A DNA stretch of 64,000 nt from an uncultured Thermoplasmatales archaeon (GCA_964638175.1 CAZWZY010000004.1:12926-76925); one strand, 5' to 3'; counted from the stretch's first letter, positions 39,405 through 49,449 are shown. Program-made: numbers and translations. Notes: generated from the sequence alone by a model not told the origin.

Positions 39405-40283
39405 TTAGGCGTAGAGCTTTACTATATTTTTGTTAAGGGAAAGATTCATTGATCGGGCAATCGCCGTACACTTTGTTCGCATAAGATAAGCAATAGGGCG
39501 ATAGGCTGTTTCAGAAAAGGATTCGTAGTTTGCCATTCCTTTGCACAGGATGATATCCGCTCGATCCAATGCAATATTCAATGGTTTGGGTAGCTTTGAA
39601 AAATCCACACCAATGGCAAAACACCCTGTTGTTAATACCTCATCAACAACATCGTTAAACTGTAACTCTTCTACATCATCCATGGTTGCATCACTGATGA
39701 TGGGCTCACCTCTTACCACAAGCGTCAGAAAGAGATCAGGATTAAATGATTTCAGTTCCCGACACAATATCTTATCAAAGACAATTTCTCCACAGTTATC
39801 GGTAAACAGCACCACTCGTGTGGCATCGTGTAGGAGGTGTTTTACCTGCTCAGTATCATCGTGTCCCAGTCCCTCGTCAACAAGATGATCAAACGTCTCC
39901 TTGAGTGCATTGGGATGGTCGCTTCCACCTTCGATGCCAAAATCCATGGTATTGCCAATAATGGCACAGAGCATACTCATCTTGATCGGGTCATCAGCTT
40001 GCGCAATCAACTTCTCAACACGAGGCACTAGAGAGTGGGCAATCTGGTTACTTTGTTGCTTCAACTCTTTGTACGGGTCTTCATCACCAAGCGTGTCATA
40101 AACCAGTTTATGTACTTTGGTGGCAATAGATGCACTGCACTCGTTTGGGTCGTACAGCTGCGAAAGCAATTGACAGGCATTTTTAATGGCCTCTGTTTTT
40201 ACGGTTGTATCAGTCGTACTCAGATTTGCTTCGTAGATAATTCGTTTGAGTAAGCAGGGTACACATTCGGTTTGAATCTTCAT
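39405..40283 (-). CDS. DUF89 (ARMT1-like) family protein, putative damage-control phosphatase
   Basis: The 292-aa product begins MKIQTECVPCLLKR and is an acidic protein with DxxG and GD motifs, matching archaeal DUF89/At2g17340-like proteins. The call rests on the motifs alone. Confidence 0.5.
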   Translation of the reverse strand: MKIQTECVPCLLKRIIYEANLSTTDTTVKTEAIKNACQLLSQLYDPNECSASIATKVHKLVYDTLGDEDPYKELKQQSNQIAHSLVPRVEKLIAQADDPIKMSMLCAIIGNTMDFGIEGGSDHPNALKETFDHLVDEGLGHDDTEQVKHLLHDATRVVLFTDNCGEIVFDKILCRELKSFNPDLFLTLVVRGEPIISDATMDDVEELQFNDVVDEVLTTGCFAIGVDFSKLPKPLNIALDRADIILCKGMANYESFSETAYRPIAYLMRTKCTAIARSMNLSLNKNIVKLYA

Positions 40284-40412
40284 ACAAGCACCAGGAATAA
40301 ATAAGCTATATTATACTTTTACGAATCAAAATTTAATAAAATTTTGAATAGTTTAAATGACCTCCTAATTATCTTTATAATTTATTAAAAATATTCTTAT
40401 AAAAAAAGTATT

Positions 40413-41555
40413 ATGATGGTTATGAAAAAGAAATTTGGAAAGTACATACATGTCTGGAAAATAGAAGGTTTTGTCAATATCGAAAAAAAATTTAAAGAGA
40501 GTATTAAAAATCAACTATTATTAAAATATGGTAGTTACCAAAAAACATCCAGCATTATTGGTAAAATTACTGGAATGCATTTATCTTATTTTTTAAGAAA
40601 AGAGAATTCATTTATAAGTATTAATAAACTTTTTAGATTAACAAATGCATTAAAAATTCCAAATAATGTTGTTGAAAGGAAAATAATTAAGTATCGTGAT
40701 CATGGCGCCCAACAATCCTTTTTAATAAGATTTCCCTTTAAAATAAATCCTCTAATTATTAGAGTCATAGCACACATTCCAGGCGATGGAAATATTAGAA
40801 AAGATGGTTTTGCAAGATGGATTCAAAAAGATACTAGACCTATGAAAATTCTCTTAAAAAAATTAGGATTCCCAATTAAAATATCAAAAAGTCGATTTGT
40901 TTGCATACCAAGATTTTTGGTAAAAGTAATTTGCGTGTCATTAGATTTGCAACCTGTAGATTTGAATTCCTCAAAACTTATCGAAACGGTGATGAAATTA
41001 CCGCGTCGTTATCAAGTTCAAACTATTCTTGCTTTAATCGAGGATGAGGCAACAATAGATGTTAGAGGTTATGGAGTAATAAATATAAGATTAGCAAATA
41101 AAGATCTTATAATGGCTTATGCCAAGCTTTGCGATTCACTTGGTTATAAACGAAGTGATGTTATAAAGAAAGCAAACTCAGGTTTTGGGAAAGGTACAAT
41201 CATATATCAATTTGGAGTTCTTGCTGATGGCATTAGAAAATTAGGCATTGATTATAATAAAACAGTTAAAAAATACAGTAAACCTGGAGGATTGTGGAAA
41301 AAGGACAATGCATTTAAACAAAGATATAGAAAAGCTCTTAGCCCTAGAGCTTTAAAGTGTAACGAATGGAGGAAAATAACCAAAAAAGTTTTAAAATTAT
41401 TCGAGAAGCACGAGGAATTAAGCGTTAAGAAAATATGTGATTTAATGAACACAGATGACTATAGCAGAGTTTATGAGAAAGTTAAATATCTATATAAAAC
41501 AGCAAGAATCAAAAGAGTAGGTTATGGGAAATATGCCCTAATTTATTATTTTTGA
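40413..41555 (+). CDS. Orphan lysine-rich hypothetical protein inside an AT-rich islet (weak LAGLIDADG-like motifs)
   Basis: The 380-aa product is very basic and Lys/Ile-rich, and the locus is visibly lower in GC than its flanks. A VIAHIPGDGNIRKDG segment resembles the LAGLIDADG (hhGhhDGDG) box. ALIEDEATIDVRGYG is a possible degenerate second box. Confidence 0.4.
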   Translation: MMVMKKKFGKYIHVWKIEGFVNIEKKFKESIKNQLLLKYGSYQKTSSIIGKITGMHLSYFLRKENSFISINKLFRLTNALKIPNNVVERKIIKYRDHGAQQSFLIRFPFKINPLIIRVIAHIPGDGNIRKDGFARWIQKDTRPMKILLKKLGFPIKISKSRFVCIPRFLVKVICVSLDLQPVDLNSSKLIETVMKLPRRYQVQTILALIEDEATIDVRGYGVINIRLANKDLIMAYAKLCDSLGYKRSDVIKKANSGFGKGTIIYQFGVLADGIRKLGIDYNKTVKKYSKPGGLWKKDNAFKQRYRKALSPRALKCNEWRKITKKVLKLFEKHEELSVKKICDLMNTDDYSRVYEKVKYLYKTARIKRVGYGKYALIYYF

Positions 41556-43121
41556 AACATATGGTCCATCTCTTGAATAACCTTGCTTGATGTAATATTT
41601 CTTGACTCCTACTCCTGAAATCACAACAATCTTCTTTGCATCATATTCCTCTTTGGCAATTTTTTCTGCGTTTTGAAGTAATAGTTTTCCATAACCCCTA
41701 TGTTGCCAACCGTTTTTAATACTGGCATCTAATGGCTTCATCGGACCATAAACATGAAGTTCACGTACAATCATACATTTTTTTCCAGTAATTTCAGATC
41801 TATGTGATTTTTCCGAAGGGCATCTCAACCTTAGAAATGCAATCAATATATCCTGTTTTACATCCTCATAAGAGAGAAATATTTCTTCCCCCTCAGAAGC
41901 CGTATACCTCTCGTTCAATAATTTTATATCTCTAGCTCTAGGTTCCATTCCTTCATTTAACTTTATATGTCCAACTTCTCTACATCGAATACATCTACAT
42001 TTAAAACTTTGATCTTGAACTATTTGTCTTAAATTACTCTTTTTCACACCAGATACAACCAGGTTTGATGGAATATCTCTTTGAATACGTTGAACTCTAA
42101 TCCATCTTGGTATTGATTTTTTAACTTCACGAATTAATTTAATCACTTTCTCTTCAGAATATGGTTTGTAATCACCTTTTTCCAACATTTTATATAATTT
42201 AGTTCCTTCAGTAACCAGTGTTGGATAAATCTTTAAACTATCGGGTTTAAAACAATTATCTTTAAAGAGCGTTCTGAAAGCGGTAATGTCTAGATTATAA
42301 TTTGAGTCTATTAAATTTGGCATCACATGATATGTTACTTTTAACCCAGCATCTTTTGCAATTCTTGTTGCCATGATTGAATCGCTAACTGTATGACCAC
42401 GATTCATCATTGTTAAAATATCATCATAAATTGTTTGAATTCCGAGTTCTACCCTTGTTGCACCCCAGGAAAGGCTTAAATCACAATGTCTAAGTCTAAA
42501 CCAATCCGGGCGAGTTTCTACAGTAAGGCCAATGCATCGAGATTTTGCTGTTTCATTAATCTTTTTTGCTTCTGATAGATTTTTAGAATCTATTTTATTT
42601 AAAGCATCATAACATCGCTTAACGAACCAATCTTGATAATAAGGAGTTCTTGCTGTAAATGTACCACCCATAATTATAAAATCGATTTTATCGGTAGGAT
42701 GTCCAATTGCGCGTAATTGCTCCAGACGATTCTTGGTCTGTAAGTACGGATCAAAATCATTCAATGTTGCGCGCATCGCTGCCGGTTCAAATCCCGTGTA
42801 GCTTTGTGGCGTCTGGTAGTCAGGACCTCCGGGGCAGGGTGTACACTTCCCATGGGGGCATGCTTCAGGCGAGGTCATCACCGCAATGATAGCAACACCA
42901 GAAATCGTACGCATCGGTTTTTTACGGAGAACAGACGTTGCCCACTCACGATCATCTTCAGAACAGTCGGAAGGCAATTGGGCAAGAATCTCACTATCGG
43001 GTGGAACCGTATCTAAGTGGTATTTTTTACAGAGCTTTATTTTTGTTTTATGAAGTTCTTCCTTTGATTGTATCTGTTTGGTAAGGATGAGATTGGTAAT
43101 CTCGGTGTAAAACGACATCAC
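41538..43121 (-). CDS. elp3: Elp3-type tRNA uridine(34) acetyltransferase (radical SAM plus GNAT)
   Basis: The 527-aa product has a radical-SAM Cys cluster region (ACPHGKCTPCPGGP) and a C-terminal GNAT (HRGYGKLLLQNAEKIAKEEY). Confidence 0.85.
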   Translation of the reverse strand: MMSFYTEITNLILTKQIQSKEELHKTKIKLCKKYHLDTVPPDSEILAQLPSDCSEDDREWATSVLRKKPMRTISGVAIIAVMTSPEACPHGKCTPCPGGPDYQTPQSYTGFEPAAMRATLNDFDPYLQTKNRLEQLRAIGHPTDKIDFIIMGGTFTARTPYYQDWFVKRCYDALNKIDSKNLSEAKKINETAKSRCIGLTVETRPDWFRLRHCDLSLSWGATRVELGIQTIYDDILTMMNRGHTVSDSIMATRIAKDAGLKVTYHVMPNLIDSNYNLDITAFRTLFKDNCFKPDSLKIYPTLVTEGTKLYKMLEKGDYKPYSEEKVIKLIREVKKSIPRWIRVQRIQRDIPSNLVVSGVKKSNLRQIVQDQSFKCRCIRCREVGHIKLNEGMEPRARDIKLLNERYTASEGEEIFLSYEDVKQDILIAFLRLRCPSEKSHRSEITGKKCMIVRELHVYGPMKPLDASIKNGWQHRGYGKLLLQNAEKIAKEEYDAKKIVVISGVGVKKYYIKQGYSRDGPYVSKIIN

Positions 43122-43233
43122 CTTCTCAATGCTATGACAGATAAAAATCTTTGTCCTTTATAGATCAGGAAAATGAAAGATATGTTTATTAAGGATGTTT
43201 TGATGATAAGCAAACACTGAGGAGAGACCCCTG

Positions 43234-44226
43234 GTGCATATCATAACAACAGTTGGACTAACCAAGAAGTTCAATAAACTGGTTGCGGTTGATGATATTT
43301 CATTTACGGTTGATAGGGGAGAGATATTTGGATTTTTGGGACCGAACGGTGCAGGAAAAACGACCACCATAAAAATGTTAACTACGCTTCTTACTCCAAC
43401 TGAAGGATCTGCCAGTATTGCTGGTGCAGATATCATCGCCGAGAGGGCCGAAGTACGAAAAACTATTGGCGTTGTCTTTCAGGAGCCAGCACTTGATACT
43501 GAGCTTACAGGGTATGAAAACCTGGATTATCACGCACGGATGTATGGGCTTTCACGGGCGCAGCGACAACAGCGGATTGATGAAGTACTCGACCTGGTCG
43601 ATCTTCAAGACAAAAAGAAAGTGTTCGTAAAACACTATTCGGGAGGCATGAAGCGGCGACTGGAAATTGCCCGAGGATTGATGCATTCCCCCAAAGTCCT
43701 ATTTCTTGATGAGCCAACCCTGGGTCTTGATGCGCAAACGAGAAGGGCCATTTGGCAGTATGTTAAAAAGATGAACAAAGAGGAAGGAACGACCATCTTT
43801 TTGACCACCCATTACATGGATGAAGCTGACTATTTATGTGATCGTATCGGTATCATTGATCACGGAAAAATTCTCATCATCGACAAAACAACGAACTTAA
43901 AGAAGAGTATTGGTAATGATATCATCACCCTTGAGTGTTCAGACGTAGAAACACTCAAAGAGCATGTACAAAAGCAACCATGGATTAATAGCATCAAGCA
44001 CCATGATTCTTGCTTAACACTTGGTGTTGAAAAGGCTGAAGAAAAAATTCCTGCATTATTTGAGCTGGCGAATTCTCTTGGTATAACGATCACCTCAATC
44101 TATAGTAGAACGCCAACGCTGGATGATGTATTTCTTACGTACACGGGTCGCACTATGCGTGATACGAATGCCGACCGAACCATAGAAAAAACACCACGCT
44201 CTCGCTGGAGGCACCGGCAACGATGA
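43234..44226 (+). CDS. ABC transporter ATP-binding protein (ABC-2/DrrA-like exporter)
   Basis: The product has Walker A GPNGAGKTT, signature YSGGMKRRLEIA and Walker B LFLDEPT. A C-terminal domain of about 100 aa follows. Confidence 0.85.
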   Translation: MHIITTVGLTKKFNKLVAVDDISFTVDRGEIFGFLGPNGAGKTTTIKMLTTLLTPTEGSASIAGADIIAERAEVRKTIGVVFQEPALDTELTGYENLDYHARMYGLSRAQRQQRIDEVLDLVDLQDKKKVFVKHYSGGMKRRLEIARGLMHSPKVLFLDEPTLGLDAQTRRAIWQYVKKMNKEEGTTIFLTTHYMDEADYLCDRIGIIDHGKILIIDKTTNLKKSIGNDIITLECSDVETLKEHVQKQPWINSIKHHDSCLTLGVEKAEEKIPALFELANSLGITITSIYSRTPTLDDVFLTYTGRTMRDTNADRTIEKTPRSRWRHRQR

Positions 44227-44990
44227 ACGCAGGCAGAGAACTCCAGGCGATTTACATCATGTGGCTCCGCCAATTGAAACGATTTTTCCGCTCAAAAAGT
44301 CGACTTGTTGCTACTATTGTTCAACCACTCTTTTTTCTGTTCATCCTCGGTTCAGGTTTTCGCAATGCGATGATCCCTGGTATGGAAGGCAATGACTTTA
44401 TGCATTTTCTTGTCCCAGGGATTATCACCATGGCCATTTTATTTTCCTCGATGTTTACTGGTCTTTCAGTACTGTGGGACAGGCAATTTGGATTTTTACA
44501 AGAAGTACTGGTTGCACCCATTAGTCGGTTTTCCATTATCATAGGGAGAACATTGGGAGGTGCGACGACCGCGCTTCTTCAGGGATTTATTATCTTATTT
44601 ATTGCGATCGGTCTTGGCATTTCTATTGTAAGTGTGCCTGGTCTACTGTTTACCATTCTGTTTATGATTTTTATTGCGTTTACTGCAGTAGGATTTGGCC
44701 TCTTAGTTGCATCAAAGATGGAAAGTATGGAAGGATTTGGCCTTATCATGAACCTTCTCATTTTTCCGTTACTGTTTCTTTCGTCAGCATTTTTCCCAGT
44801 GGCTTCAAATCCTATCCTCCAATCCATCGCCATGGTAAATCCCCTGTTTTATATGGTTGATGGTCTTCGGGGGAGTCTCTTAGGAATAGATAACCTCTAT
44901 CCGCCTCTTCTTGATCTTGGCATTGTGGTGTTGATATCTATAGTGATGATGGGCATTGGGACCTATCTATTTAATAAAAGTGAGGCGTAG
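44223..44990 (+). CDS. ABC-2 family transporter permease
   Basis: The 255-aa product has 6 TM helices. It overlaps the ATPase gene by 4 nt, which suggests translational coupling. Confidence 0.8.
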   Translation: MNAGRELQAIYIMWLRQLKRFFRSKSRLVATIVQPLFFLFILGSGFRNAMIPGMEGNDFMHFLVPGIITMAILFSSMFTGLSVLWDRQFGFLQEVLVAPISRFSIIIGRTLGGATTALLQGFIILFIAIGLGISIVSVPGLLFTILFMIFIAFTAVGFGLLVASKMESMEGFGLIMNLLIFPLLFLSSAFFPVASNPILQSIAMVNPLFYMVDGLRGSLLGIDNLYPPLLDLGIVVLISIVMMGIGTYLFNKSEA

Positions 44991-44992
44991 TC

Positions 44993-45379
44993 TTACAGGG
45001 ACAGTAAGAATACACCTGCTGCTACAATCAGAACAAGCGCAAGCACCATCATAGCAAGGGCAATTTTCCAATTGGATCCAAAAATGATGGGGAGGGGACC
45101 GATGAAGACCACGCCTCCTGTTTTTATTGACGAGTTCTGTTTCTCATGAGTGAGCAGGGCGTTGGTTCTTGTGTGCGTCGACTGCATCATGCCAAGAAAA
45201 AAGCATACAAAGAAACCAGCAAGACACAAAAACGCAGCACCAGCGAAAATCCCGGACCCAATCATAAAGGGAATAATCACGGCGATACCCAGCTCAACTT
45301 CCCCTCGAATAATTCCCAAAACAAGAAACACTACTCCTCCTGTAAGTAAAACCAAGGAAAGAAGATACCATTTGTTCAT
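44993..45379 (-). CDS. DUF131/TIGR00304-like small membrane protein
   Basis: The internal Met begins MNKWYLL.... The product has about 3 TM helices and a GGVVFIGPLPIIFGS segment. Its ATG overlaps the folD stop (ATGA). Confidence 0.5.
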   Translation of the reverse strand: MNKWYLLSLVLLTGGVVFLVLGIIRGEVELGIAVIIPFMIGSGIFAGAAFLCLAGFFVCFFLGMMQSTHTRTNALLTHEKQNSSIKTGGVVFIGPLPIIFGSNWKIALAMMVLALVLIVAAGVFLLSL

Positions 45380-46245
45380 GAGGTAGTGTCCTCGAGACAA
45401 TTTTTGTAGGTGGTAACCATATTTTGTAATGAACAAGCAATGGTGACTGGACCCACGCCCCCAGGAACCGGCGTGAGTGCACGTGCTTTATTGGTAACTG
45501 ATGCGACATCGACATCACCGCATACTCCTTGTTTGGTTGACACAATACCTACATCGATGACGATCGCATGCCGTTTGATATGGTCTGCGGTAATTAACCT
45601 GGGAAGGCCTGTTGCCGTTATCAGAATGTCTGCTTGTGTAGTATAGGGTTTGATGTCTTTGGTATACACATGGCACACCGAAACGGTCGCGTTTCTGTTC
45701 AATAATAATGCCGTCAGTGGTTTTCCTACCACATTACTATGATTTACAACGGTAACGGCGGCGCTCCGTAAGTTAATATGCTCATGATCAAGGATTGTTA
45801 TTACCGCAAGCGGTGTACAGGGAACAAGATGCTCATTTCCTAATATCGTTTCTCCCATATTGTATGGTGTTAATCCTTCAACATCCTTTTGGGAAGAGAT
45901 GGCAGCAATAAGTTTCTCAGCAGAAAGATGGGCGGGAAGTGGAAATTGCAGCAAGATACCATGGACAGCAGAATCTTCGTTAAGAGAGTGAATGGTTTGT
46001 AGTAGTTTTTTTTCGGAAACATCCTGGGAGAAACTGAGATGGGATGAAGAAATACCAACATCATCACAGGCCCTTTCTCGCAATTTTAAATAGAGAGCTG
46101 AGGCGGCGTTCTCCCCAACGGTCAGTGTGGTAACGGTCGGCTTGACACCAGACTGTTTAACGAGGAGAGCAATATCTTGCGCAATCGTTTTCTTCATCGC
46201 TTGTGCGATTGCTCTCCCATCAATGTGTGTTGCAACCATATGCAA
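45376..46245 (-). CDS. folD: Bifunctional methylenetetrahydrofolate dehydrogenase / methenyltetrahydrofolate cyclohydrolase
   Basis: The 289-aa product has the FolD signatures GILLQFPLP and TPVPGGVGP. Confidence 0.85.
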   Translation of the reverse strand: MHMVATHIDGRAIAQAMKKTIAQDIALLVKQSGVKPTVTTLTVGENAASALYLKLRERACDDVGISSSHLSFSQDVSEKKLLQTIHSLNEDSAVHGILLQFPLPAHLSAEKLIAAISSQKDVEGLTPYNMGETILGNEHLVPCTPLAVITILDHEHINLRSAAVTVVNHSNVVGKPLTALLLNRNATVSVCHVYTKDIKPYTTQADILITATGLPRLITADHIKRHAIVIDVGIVSTKQGVCGDVDVASVTNKARALTPVPGGVGPVTIACSLQNMVTTYKNCLEDTTS

Positions 46246-46278
46246 GTCACCAGGTACATTTGCATCAGGATATAAAGG

Positions 46279-47094
46279 CTATGGTTTTCTCCCAATGGCA
46301 TAAAATTGAGGGAAGAAGTTAAGCTGTACCCCCTCATCGAGAGATTTCAGATATTCGTACTCCCACGAGTCAATCTCTTCTTGCGTCAGTCCTGCATCTT
46401 TCAATGCTTTCACATAGAAATCCCGGGCATGCAGATAGTATGCTTTATCTTCCTCGCAACTCCAGATACGGGTGTTGCCAATACCCACTTTGGTATTTAA
46501 TCCTGCACGAACAAAGAGACATCGCAATTTTCTGCCGATGTGTGGATCTCCTCCCTTTTCTCTGATTGCGTTTCCTGCAAAGATTCTGTCAACCTTAGGA
46601 TTTTCAGGATAATGTAACTTACTGCCATAATCGGGTTCCAAGGAGGCTAGTACCACTCCTCCTTTTTTGGTAACCCGAGCCATTTCACAGACAACTTGTT
46701 GCGGATTATCTGCCCACATCAAGAGGAGATTGCAGGTCACGATGTCAAATGTGTTATCATCAAAAGGCAACGCTTCTGCACTCCCTACATGCAACTCGAT
46801 GTTGCTCTCTTTTTCAAGGATATTTTTGGCAACCGCGATCATATCTGCTGATCCATCGATTGCAACTACCTGTCCTTTGGTCAATCGGGCGATATCGCGA
46901 GTGACCATCCCTGAACCACAACCGACATCTAAAATCATCTTCGCTTCTTTTAATCCAACTTCTAGATACAGGGGAATGCGCTCCTCTGCGGTTTCCAGTG
47001 ATTGCAGTTCTAATTTTTTAATGAAATCATTGAGTTCTTCTTTGGTCCGCTTATGGAACTTGCTACCGTGCTTTGTATTCATATGTTCGAACAC
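46279..47094 (-). CDS. Class I SAM-dependent methyltransferase
   Basis: The 271-aa product has the motif I ILDVGCGSGMVT and a post-I acidic residue (AIDGS). Confidence 0.75.
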   Translation of the reverse strand: MFEHMNTKHGSKFHKRTKEELNDFIKKLELQSLETAEERIPLYLEVGLKEAKMILDVGCGSGMVTRDIARLTKGQVVAIDGSADMIAVAKNILEKESNIELHVGSAEALPFDDNTFDIVTCNLLLMWADNPQQVVCEMARVTKKGGVVLASLEPDYGSKLHYPENPKVDRIFAGNAIREKGGDPHIGRKLRCLFVRAGLNTKVGIGNTRIWSCEEDKAYYLHARDFYVKALKDAGLTQEEIDSWEYEYLKSLDEGVQLNFFPQFYAIGRKP

Positions 47095-47163
47095 TACATG
47101 TGATTCTGTTTAGTATACTTTTCTTTCATCACCCCGTAGTTTTTTAAAGAGGATGCGTTATTC

Positions 47164-48468
47164 ATGGTCATCATGACGGGAGTTATTTTACAAGTTGCCC
47201 TTGATTTACTGAACGCTCATCGTGCGATTGATATTGCACATGATGCAGTAAAAGGAGATCCTGACTGTTGGTTGGAAGTTGGAACGCCTCTCATTAAAAG
47301 CGAAGGTATGAATATCATCCGGACACTGAGAGAACAGTTCCCAGATAAAACGATTGTCGCTGATATGAAAACCATGGATGTGGGTGCGATTGAAACAGAA
47401 ATGGCAGCCAATGCAGGCGCAACAGTGGTTTGTCTACTCGCTGCTGCAGATGATAGTACTATTACGGATGCCGTAAAATCAGCGCGTAAATATGGTGTGA
47501 AAGTGATGCTCGATCTCATCGGAGTAGCTGATGCCGTTTCACGGGCCAAAGAGATAGAGCGTCTTGGTGTCGATTATTTGTGTATTCATGTGGGTATCGA
47601 CCAACAAATGCACGGAAAAACACCCACCACTCTTTTGAAATCAGTGATACAGGCAACCTCGATTCCGGTTGCAGTTGCTGGTGGTCTGAATACAGAGACT
47701 GTTGCAGCGGTCGTCAAGGCAGGTGCACAGATTATCATTGTTGGGGGAGCGATTACCAAAGCACATGATGTCACCAAGGCGACCAAACAGATAAAGCAAG
47801 CCATCGTCAAAAAACAAGCACGGAGTACCACCTTGTTTAAAAAATATGACACGACTGAACTTAAAAAAGCATTCTCGTTAGTATCTACTCCCAACATTTC
47901 TGATGCGATGCATAAGCAGGGTGCAATGGAAGGCATTCGTCCCATTAAACTCGGCTTTCATATGGTTGGCCAGGCCCTCACGGTAAGAACCATGGATGGG
48001 GATTGGGCAAAACCGATTGAAGCCATCGAGCAAGCAAATGGCAAAGTCATTGTTGTCGATGTGCATGGCGGTACAACCGCTATCTGGGGAGAACTTGCTA
48101 CCTGGAGCGCAAAGCAGCGAGGAGTTGCAGGAGTGGTCATTGATGGTGCTGTACGGGATTTAGATGATTTGGTAACGATGGATGTGCCTATTTTCGCTCG
48201 TCACATTAGCGCTCATGCAGGAGAGCCAAAAGGACTGGGGGAAATTGGCGCTGAAATTCGCTGTGGTAATCAACCAGTACGCGCCGATGATTGGATTATT
48301 GGTGATGACTCGGGAGTTGTGGTGGTTCCTCAAGAAATCGCCCAAGAAATTGTCAATCGTGCGCTTGATGTAAAGGAACATGAAAATCGTATTCGCGAGG
48401 AAATTAAAAGCGGAGGCTCACTCGGTTCTGTTCTCGACGTAAAAAAATGGGAGAAGAAGATAGGGTGA
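47164..48468 (+). CDS. Fusion protein: 3-hexulose-6-phosphate synthase-like (OMPDC/KGPDC fold) N-terminal domain plus RraA-like (ribonuclease-regulator / 4-hydroxy-2-oxoglutarate aldolase family) C-terminal domain
   Basis: The N-terminal half (ILQVALDLLNAHRAIDIAHDAV...VADMKTMD...GVDYLCIHVGIDQQ) matches HPS-like orotidine 5'-phosphate decarboxylase-fold enzymes. The C-terminal half (VVDVHGGTTAIWGELATWSAKQRGVAGVVIDGAVRDLDD) matches the RraA/MenG-like fold. The same fusion occurs in Methanosarcinales genomes. Confidence 0.7.
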   Translation: MVIMTGVILQVALDLLNAHRAIDIAHDAVKGDPDCWLEVGTPLIKSEGMNIIRTLREQFPDKTIVADMKTMDVGAIETEMAANAGATVVCLLAAADDSTITDAVKSARKYGVKVMLDLIGVADAVSRAKEIERLGVDYLCIHVGIDQQMHGKTPTTLLKSVIQATSIPVAVAGGLNTETVAAVVKAGAQIIIVGGAITKAHDVTKATKQIKQAIVKKQARSTTLFKKYDTTELKKAFSLVSTPNISDAMHKQGAMEGIRPIKLGFHMVGQALTVRTMDGDWAKPIEAIEQANGKVIVVDVHGGTTAIWGELATWSAKQRGVAGVVIDGAVRDLDDLVTMDVPIFARHISAHAGEPKGLGEIGAEIRCGNQPVRADDWIIGDDSGVVVVPQEIAQEIVNRALDVKEHENRIREEIKSGGSLGSVLDVKKWEKKIG

Positions 48469-49445
48469 AGAAAGTCGTTCATATTACTGATCTTTCTCGG
48501 CTCGATGATGCCTTCGGATTTTTTAATCTCCAGAGTTTTGTGGGAAAAGAGGTGTTGTTCAAATTACACATGGGGGAAATGGGAAACAAATACTATCCAA
48601 AACCTTCTCTCGTGAAGCCAGTTGTTGATCATCTCAAGTCTATGGGTGTGTCTCCTTTTTTCTATGATACAACTGTTGCCTATCCCGCTCTCCGTCATAC
48701 AAAAAGAGGATATGAAAAGGTGGCAAAATTGCACGGGTACACCAAATTAGGGTATAAGGTTGTCATCGATGATGCTGGCGTGGGGGTGACAGTAGAAGGA
48801 CGGACCTATGACGTCGGTACAACATTACATGCCACATCGCATATCGTTGCCTTTTCTCATGTGAAAGGTCATGTGGCGACAGGCATGGGAGGTGCTATTA
48901 AAAATTTTGGTATGGGCGGTGTTACCAAAGAGACAAAAAAAGGTATGCATCATGCAAGCCGTCCACTGCATCAACCAGATGCTTGCACCTTTTGCGGCGT
49001 ATGTGCTGAAGTCTGTCCATTTGATGCCATTACTGTCAATAAAAAGAAGTGGAAACTGAGCAAACGCAAATGTTTTGGCTGTGGCGTTTGTGTCGACAAC
49101 TGTGCACACCAATCACTCGTCAACGAAGAGAAAAATCTGCAGTATCTCTTAGCCTGTGCCGCGAAGGCTTGTGTGCACCAGAAAAACGTACTCTACATTA
49201 ATGATGTCAATCGAATTTCAAAAAGCTGTGACTGTGACCCCATGGCTGGACCTCTCGTCTGTCCTGATGTCGGTTTTCTCGTTGCCGATGATATGGTTGC
49301 TATTGATAAGGCATCCCTTGATCTTATCCATAGTGTAAAGCCCAATGTCTTTGAAAACATCAATAATGTCGATCCTGAAAAACAAATAAAATATGGAGAG
49401 GAGATCGGATTAGGATCTGCCTCTTATACGTTGATTGAGCTGTAG
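48447..49445 (+). CDS. DUF362-domain protein with two 4Fe-4S ferredoxin-type clusters
   Basis: The 332-aa product has CTFCGVCAEVCP and CFGCGVCVDNCA (two CxxCxxCxxxCP boxes) embedded in a DUF362-like scaffold. It overlaps the upstream fusion gene by 22 nt. Confidence 0.6.
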   Translation: MGEEDRVKKVVHITDLSRLDDAFGFFNLQSFVGKEVLFKLHMGEMGNKYYPKPSLVKPVVDHLKSMGVSPFFYDTTVAYPALRHTKRGYEKVAKLHGYTKLGYKVVIDDAGVGVTVEGRTYDVGTTLHATSHIVAFSHVKGHVATGMGGAIKNFGMGGVTKETKKGMHHASRPLHQPDACTFCGVCAEVCPFDAITVNKKKWKLSKRKCFGCGVCVDNCAHQSLVNEEKNLQYLLACAAKACVHQKNVLYINDVNRISKSCDCDPMAGPLVCPDVGFLVADDMVAIDKASLDLIHSVKPNVFENINNVDPEKQIKYGEEIGLGSASYTLIEL

Positions 49446-49449
49446 ACTC

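Noticed and set aside
40413-41555. Calling the orphan ORF a bona fide LAGLIDADG homing endonuclease
   Set aside because: Only one reasonable LAGLIDADG-like box and a weak second box were found. The very basic, Lys-rich composition fits a nucleic-acid-binding protein generally. The ORF is kept as hypothetical pending a profile search.
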